Shown here piece after piece: positions 57,201 to 64,000 of a stretch of 64,000 nucleotides of DNA. The position numbers were made by a program, and so were the translations under genes. This stretch comes from Azolla caroliniana. Its lineage: Eukaryota; Plantae; Polypodiophyta. The stretch lies in the NCBI GenBank assembly GCA_043228905.1, contig JBHGNT010000022.1, forward strand, positions 4,960,001 to 5,024,000, in the 5' to 3' direction. Each line of letters opens with the position of its first letter. Position 1 is the stretch's first letter. The notes below the pieces were generated by a model. It searched no databases, was not told the DNA's origin, and saw only the letters and a program-made list of their open reading frames with translations.

Positions 57201-60200
57201 TGTTTTTGTCACAAGAAAAGTACATTGAAAAAGTGCTTAACAGATTTAATATGGCAAAAGCAAAGTCCCTTGGAGTTCCTTTGCTGTCATATCTTAAACT
57301 CAGCAAGGCTGATTGTCCAAAGGATGAGATGGAAATCAATGCTATGAAGGGAATTCCTTACGCATCAGCATGTGGTTCTCTAATGTATGCTATGGTAGCT
57401 ACTCGTCCAAATATTGCTTATGCAGTGGGAGTTGTTAGTCGCTATATGTCTAATCCCGGGAAAGCACATTGGGAGGCTGTCAAGTGTGTTTTCAGGTATC
57501 TTAAAGGTACACAAAGAAAATGTTTATGCTATGGGAAGGGTGCATTAAATTTGCAAGGATATTGTGATGCAGACATGGCAGGTGACTTGGATACACGTAA
57601 GTCTACTAGCGGGTATATATTTACAGTTGCTGGTGGAGCAATGTCTTGGTGCTCCAAATTGCAAAAGATTGTAGCACTGAGTACTACTGAAGCTGAATAT
57701 ATTTCAGCTACAGAAGCTTCAAAGGAAGCTATATGGCTCAGCAGACTTGGTGAAGATCTTGGCATGTCTGTTAGTACTCCTGTGTTAGGATGTGATAGCC
57801 AGAGTGCTGTGTATCTGGCTAAGAATGCCATGTTTCATTCGCGCACCAAACACATTGATGTGCAACATCACTTTATCAGACAAGTTTTGGAGGATGGTCT
57901 AGTCACATTGACCAAGATCAAAACACAAGATAATCCTGCAGATATTCTCACTAAAAGTCTTGGCAAAGCTCAACATGAGCATTGCATACAGTTAGTGGGA
58001 GTTACTTGAATGTTCACATCGGACCTTTAAGTGGGAGGTTGTTAGGTGTAAAGGCCTGTAGTTCACAAATTAGGTAATTATTCGTATATGTGAACACATT
58101 GTTCACCTGGACAGGACACCTTTTTTTTGTAATGTGAACACACCACTTTCTTTGTAAGGTTAACTAATATAATAACCTTTTTTTTTCTTGTGTACCAATC
58201 AAGGCGGTTGGGTACACTAAAGATCTGCGTGTCTCTACTCTCATCTCTACTACAGTCCTGTTTGCTGAACGTCATCTCTCAATAGCTGATCCGTCAAACA
58301 TCAGTCTTTACCTTTACTGCATTATGTGCATCATGCTCTTAACGCTGAAATTTGTGATGAGGCGCCACTCTCTCTTGAGTATGCATTAGGACATGACCAT
58401 TGGGTTGAAGCCATGAAATCAGAACTTGAGACCATATACAAGAACACTTTGGTGTTATGTGACGTACCTAAAGGTAGAAAAGCAATTGCCACCAAGTGGA
58501 TTTACAAAGTCAAGAATACTGTGGATGGTAGCCTTGATTGTCTTAAATCAAGACTTATAGCAAAAGGCTGTTCCCAAAAAGAGGGGATAGACTATGAAGA
58601 AACCTTCGCCCCACTTCAAAGATGACTACAATCAGAGCTACAATTGCTCATTTGCAAATAAAGGATTGAAGGTTCACCTATTGGACATTAAAATTGCATT
58701 CTTAAATGGAGATATAGAAGAAGTGTTTTATGTTACTCAACCTCCCGGTTTCGCTATTAAAAGGTGCAGAAACTAAAGTTAGCAGGATACTTCAAGCACC
58801 TCAAGCGTGGAATGCAAAGATCCATGCTCATCTTTTTCAAATTAGTTTTGTGAACAGTCCTACTGAAATCACGGAAGGAGAAAAATTACTAAATGTTGTG
58901 CTTTATGTTGATGATTTGCTAATCACAAGATCTAATGAGAAAGAAATTGCAGATTTCCAAGCCGATCTTAGTAAGACATTTGAAATTATAGATCTTGATC
59001 ATCTCCATTACTACCTCAGCATTCAATTTCTTAACTTTGAGGGGGGGCCTTTCTTGAGTCAACGAAAGTACATCGAGAAGCTCCTACAACAATTTTCAGG
59101 TTTGAAGAGTGCACACCAAACTCCACTCCTATAGAAGCGGGTTTCAAATTCTCATATTAAGACAATGGAGAACCAACCAATGCACTCTTATACCAGCAAG
59201 CTGTAGGTTTTTTGATATTTTTGTGTGTTTGGCTAAGGAGATTATTGTTCGATTTGTCACTTGAGCAACCATCTCCTACATGTATATTTACAGATGGTCA
59301 AAGTGCCTTGGCTATTGCAAGAAATCCTATCTTCCATGCATGAACACATTGAAGAGCGGTATTATTATGTGAGGGAGCAGTTCCATGCTAAAGAGATAAA
59401 CTTGGTCTATGTACCCACTCATGAAAATGTTGCAGACATTTTTTCAAAGGCTCTATCCAGAAGAAAGCTTGATCATTTTCACAAGGAATTCAGCATCCTC
59501 CAACACCTGGATAATGACGACATTCAAGTTCAGGGGGTTTGTTACACTTAATGTGTGTCCTATTAAAGATTTGGTGTGAACACAGTTAGAACAGTGTGAT
59601 TGACTGTTGGGTGTGAACATAGTTAAAATTGTGTGACCCTAGTTGGGTGTGACTGCTGGGTTTCCTGCTACCTATAGATATTGGTTATATAAACCATTCT
59701 ACATCTTCGTATTTTTCGTAGTCTTCTTTCAACTAGCATTTTGACAACCTACTTTTGTTGGCCACTTTCTAGTGCCACCACATGTTTGTCTGGATTTTAT
59801 ATCAGTATAGATGTTTAATTTCCAAAACAATTGTGTATGCTTATGCATATGAATATGTCTATGCAGAATTTAGTATAGTGTAGCAACATACAGAGAGAGA
59901 TCCCATTACAGAACAAATGTTAATGTATACCATGACGTGGGTGTTGCCATAATTAGGCTCAAAATGAAATATTAAGACTAATGCCAAATAAATCATTCTA
60001 TATCTTTGTATTTTTCGTACAATTTTCTTTCAACTAGCATTTTGACAACCTACTTGTGTTGGTCACTATCTAGTGCCACCACATGTTCGTCTGGATTTTA
60101 CATTAGCATAGATGTTAAATTTTCAAAAACATTGTGTATGCTTATGCAGAATTTACTATAGTATAGCAACATACCGAGAGAGATCCCATGACAGAACAAA

Positions 60201-62592
60201 TGCCAATGTATACCATGACGTGGGTGTTGCCATAATTAGGCTCAAAATGAAATATTAAGACTAATGCCAGCACCACGACAGCGATAGAATACATCACGAA
60301 TGCTGCAAGTATTACAAGAAAGTTGTTAAGAAAACATTCAAGGTGATTCCCCTCAAGGTTTTGAAATTTCTATGCTCCAGAAAAAGTGAGGAAGGTTAAA
60401 TGAACATGTCTTTTTAATTGGATTGTTTCTATAAGCACACGCACTCTGCATGAAAGCACATATGACACAGACATTTCCCCAAGCTTATTCCTCTACCTTG
60501 GAAAAAGCTAAGGTTAAGTGTACAAGCAGGATGGCATAAAAAAACATTCATATGTGCGTGTATATTCAATTGTAATGATTATATTGTTAGTGAAGCGCAC
60601 CAGGTTCAGTAGCAAGTGTCCACACTTCCTTTACTGACAATATTTCACGCTCTGCAGGTGCGTGGAGGACAATAGATATTGAGCCAACTACACATAGAAT
60701 ACAGCCTAGGATCCCAAAAATATGCAACCTCTCCTTCAACATTATATGTGCAAGCACCGCGCTGTGCAAGGAACGAACAGAACATTGAAAGATCATACTC
60801 CATATGGATAACACGAGCTGGCAGCACTACAGTTTTGGATTTACCTCACAATTATGCTCAAAGCACCAAGTGGAGTAACAAGAATGGCTGGCGCAAAAGC
60901 ATATGCTACAAAATTTGCGACCTCTCCAACAATCACTGTAGCATAATTTTATTCTATAAGCATACATGCAGGCTCGCAATTGATATGGAAAATCAGATAC
61001 TAAGATGAGTTTGTACATACATACTTGCTGTCATTCCTGCCCACCACAGTGGTTCGTACAAATAAGAATACCCTCCAAGCCCTGTAAACATTACGCCTTT
61101 TATTCAGAAATTAAAATTTCTTGCTAAAATGTATTCTTGAGACAAAAGGAACCAGTAGGAGAGCTCAAATAAAAGATGCAGATGAGCTTCAAAAGACCTG
61201 AGCACAAAAGCAATCCATTGCTTCATTTTTTGCTATCCTATTTCTTATGCTAAAGGATCTGTTATCAGAGCTTAAAGAAAACGATGCAATAAATGTTAGC
61301 ATACTGTCACATTGGAGTAGGATATGCACAAGAATCATGCCTTACACTTGAAATTGGTGGCCCATATGAATATGCAAATAGGTGTAAAACCTCTATTTAG
61401 GAAGACGTGGCACCTATACCCACTTATATACAGGGACAAGGAAGTAACTCATTTGTTATGTGTTGAGTGATGTTTTGATACATTGAGGTGTCAAACATAT
61501 TCTATTTTGCCATCATCTCCTCTGAACCATAGTTTTCTCGTGTTTACTAAATACCTAATCCTCCTGTTGGGCCTTGCATTAGCTCAACATATGAACTTTC
61601 GCACTTGCTGAATCAAGCTAAAAACAAAATTTTGAAAAGATATTTCATCAACAGGTGTTTTTCTATACAGAAAACCCCACTCTGAGAAAAGCCTCAATTA
61701 TATTGCTCCTCTTTCTTCCCTAACCTATTAAATCTGCATAAAGAAATATAATCATACAGAATAACACTTTGTTTGCAGAAATCTGATTTAAAGGTTAGAA
61801 TTACCTCTCCCTAATATGCTTAAATTTATATGATCACCAGATCATGGATCTACAAGCTAAAGATCAACAAACTATCATGGTAATTATTGATTTTGATGCT
61901 AAAAAGATTTTATCCGAAACCACATCATTTTGATGCAAACAATCAAAGCTGTTTTCAAAACAAATCCATTGAATGCAAAGATTAAAATCCCTCTTTGTTC
62001 TCAAAAACATTCTGTTTGATGCAGATGTGAGAATCCTTTTTCCAGAGAACATTCCACATTGATGAGAAATGATTCAAGGGGTTTTCAGGAAACACTCCAT
62101 TCCAAGCCAAGGAATAAATTTTTTATTCAGAAACTACTGTATTCTTACAAAAGATTAAAAAGAGTTGCAAGAAACTATTCTATTTTATGCAACAGGATTG
62201 AATTTCTCTCTCAGAGACTGCTTGACTTGATGACAAAAGGTGAGAAAATTTTCTGTCTTGAATTTTATATGGTCACCAAAACCAAGCCAGGAAAGAAAAG
62301 AAACCCCATTTTAACACGTAAACAAAAAGCAATTACAAAAAAAAGACCATATTTGTCAGACAGAAAAACCTGCTCTCAGATTAGACGCCCCTGCTCGTTT
62401 GAGTCCTTTCTTCTTCACAATGAAACTTGCTCCAATGAAAAGACTTGAAGACAGAGCGAGGATCAGACCTTTCACATTGTCAGAAGACATATAAGTAAAC
62501 GACAAATACGAAGATGATGCTGACGATGATGCAGCTGAAGATGAAGATGAAGATGAAGCTGAGGAATCGAATCCCCTAGAAGATTCTGCCAT
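45260..62592 (-). CDS. NIPA: NIPA-family magnesium transporter; 9 exons, 387 aa
   Basis: Exons: 62592-62370, 61081-61025, 60935-60845, 60761-60601, 60302-60175, 46792-46655, 46555-46463, 46383-46260, 45408-45260. They total 1164 nt, all GT-AG, one open frame. Motifs: [98 protein letters not shown]. Confidence 0.94.
47214..48590 (+). mobile_element. Ty3/gypsy fragment: LTR 3' part, PBS and gag remnant
   Basis: LTR-like segment ends CA at 47591, then TGGCACGC at 47595. Gag-like text ([25 protein letters not shown]) and zinc-knuckle-like CPICHSRAH at 47761-48582. Confidence 0.7.
48596..50890 (-). mobile_element. Inverted copy of the same gypsy LTR plus an upstream decayed coiled-coil ORF
   Basis: 48596-48985 is the reverse complement of 47214-47599. 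Minus-strand ORF pieces 50880-49209 are E/K/Q/A/L-rich with heptad character. Confidence 0.7.
50895..51798 (+). mobile_element. Third copy (plus strand, internally deleted) of the gypsy ORF end and LTR
   Basis: 50952-51798 is the reverse complement of 48729-49461 (ORF 50929-51204 mirrors ORF 49209-49463). 50906-50953 mirrors 50609-50660. Confidence 0.75.
51955..52135. mobile_element. DNA-transposon subterminal-like repeat patch (AACCG/CGGTT motifs)
   Basis: Dense aaccg/cggtt repeats typical of hAT-derived subterminal regions. Ends are not resolved. Confidence 0.45.
52255..52590 (-). mobile_element. LINE ORF2 fragment (region C-terminal to RT)
   Basis: Minus-strand translation across a frameshift gives [20 protein letters not shown]...[10 protein letters not shown], which resembles the post-RT segment of non-LTR elements. 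Confidence 0.6.
52597..59804 (+). mobile_element. Copia H: old degenerate Ty1/copia remnant, host of copia G
   Basis: INT remnant ([17 protein letters not shown]) from 52597. RT ([24 protein letters not shown]) 58323-59200, RH end ([10 protein letters not shown]), PPT-like AGGGGG, LTR ~59540-59804. Confidence 0.78.
53379..58316 (+). mobile_element. Copia G: full-length Ty1/copia with 277-bp LTRs in NIPA intron 5
   Basis: LTRs 53379-53655 and 58040-58316 (6 substitutions seen), PBS TGGTATCAGAGCC 53658-53670, PPT AAGTGGGAG. gag-pol 53831-58009 stays in one frame with only two stops (55037 TAG, 55211 TGA). Flanking direct repeat CTGCAT. Confidence 0.96.
59690..60269. repeat. ~290-bp tandem duplication containing the 3' 95 bp of NIPA exon 5 and its donor site
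   Basis: 59690-59986 is similar to 59990-60269. Pseudo-exon piece at 59892-59986. Confidence 0.9.
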
Positions 62593-63012
62593 TTTTTCTC
62601 TCGAAGTGGATCGATCTCCAAAGAACGTACATACAATGACGACAATGCCGAAGGATGAAAGCAAAAGTCGACCTGATAGATGAAAGCAGAGAGACAGCAA
62701 CAAAGAATGAATCCGGAAACGCTTCAAGTAGTAGTTGTGAAGAAACCAGTCTGGAGGATGAAAGCGCGGAAGAATGGCCGCCAAAGGAAAAGCAGAGGAA
62801 GTTTTAATTCCGAGAGGCAAAACGTATTCTGTTCCAAGCCTCAGGAAGAAGGACAAAGGAGATGGTTTGGATCTCGAAGAAGAAGAAGAAGAAGAAGAAA
62901 TGTCTGCGTAGCGATGGCGAAAACGAAGGCAGGGAAGACACACACACACACTGACTGATTGCTGTTTGTTTGAAGGAAGGAAGGAAGGAAGAGAGAATCG
63001 AACTCGAGACAT

Positions 63013-63080
63013 ATGTATGCATGCGTATGTATGTATGTATGTATGTATGTATGTATGTATGTATGTATGTATGTATGCAT
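63013..63080. repeat. (TATG)n microsatellite upstream of NIPA
   Basis: Directly visible. A G-box CACGTG lies at 63159-63164. Confidence 0.92.
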
Positions 63081-63199
63081 ATGGCTCGTGTGCTCGTGAC
63101 TAACTACTACCAAAAATTTAAAAGGGCAAGGGAGGGAATCATGCCGCAATGTTGATGGCACGTGCGATCTCCACCGTCCAATGGATAAAAAGTTGACAG

Positions 63200-63462
63200 C
63201 GACTGTCACCAGGAGCCTAAGTCTCTAACAGCCTCTGTCTCCAAGAGCTTGACTCTGTCACAAGGAGCCCCGCTATTTGACAGCCTCTATAACTAGGAGC
63301 CTGACTCTGTCACAAAGAGCCCCGTTGTCTGACAGCCTCTGTAACTAGGAGCCCAGCTCTGTCAAAAGAAGCCTCGTTGTCTAACAACCTCTGTCACCAG
63401 GAGCCCGACTCTATCAAAAGGAGCCTCGTTTGTCTGACAACCTCTGTCACCAGGAACCCGAC
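63200..63462. repeat. 52-bp minisatellite, ~5 imperfect copies, upstream of NIPA
   Basis: gactctgtca... recurs at 63251, 63303, 63355 and 63407. Confidence 0.88.
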
Positions 63463-64000
63463 TTAGAAATAAACATCAAAAACTCCAAAAAAAATTAAGT
63501 GTACAACAAATATTTGCCATGAAAATTATGCATAAAAATTAGTCAAAAAAAAACCTCCAACTTCCAAATGCACAAAACCTAAAACTTAAAACTCAAATAT
63601 CACACAAAATTATATCTCCAAGCTTCAAATAACAAATCACACAAACTTAAAGTTTCAAATAACAAGTCTTACATAAACGATTAAAAAGTCAAATGTCGAC
63701 AATGGGAATAATCTAAGCCAAAAACCCTTAATGAAATATGAATGCACATGTTACATATTAAGATTATGGCTCATGTCGGGATGATGGCAAAATGGAACCA
63801 CAATTTTTACAACATGTAACAATTGAGTCCCTTCAAGTCAAGGTCAAGCCATCGCAACGCAAACACCGAACCTTCTCATGGTCACATATTGGCAATCGCC
63901 TCCTAGCCCGACTTACACCTCTTTGCATTTTTTGGGGAGCTGCTAATAAATTCTTGCAAGATGTCTACTGTTGCGCTTCTTTTGGCACCTATTTGTTGGT

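Overview
Land-plant nuclear DNA. Two intact, convergent multi-exon genes can be rebuilt by hand with canonical GT-AG sites: an ATP-dependent PEP carboxykinase (+, 12 coding exons, 5155-10714, 666 aa) and a NIPA-family Mg2+ transporter (-, 9 exons, 62592-45260, 387 aa). Almost all DNA between them (12413-44320, ~31.9 kb) is one nested retrotransposon block bracketed by an outer LTR pair with a TATAG target-site duplication (TSD). It holds six related Ty1/copia copies (labelled A-F here), a chromovirus remnant that spans the 100-N gap, a solo LTR and a MITE-like insert. NIPA intron 5 (13.4 kb) holds inverted Ty3/gypsy pieces, a LINE fragment, a near-intact copia (G) nested in an older one (H), and a partial duplicate of exon 5. 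The strongest leads are: (1) a tRNA-type A/B-box module with exact tRNA spacing at the tip of a solo LTR; (2) a gag-swap chimeric copia lineage with a visible breakpoint; (3) a co-varying double hairpin over the LTR TATA box; (4) strong CCGG enrichment in the youngest copia copies; (5) fold-back repeats in the NIPA intron. All coordinates and counts were read by eye and no database search was run.
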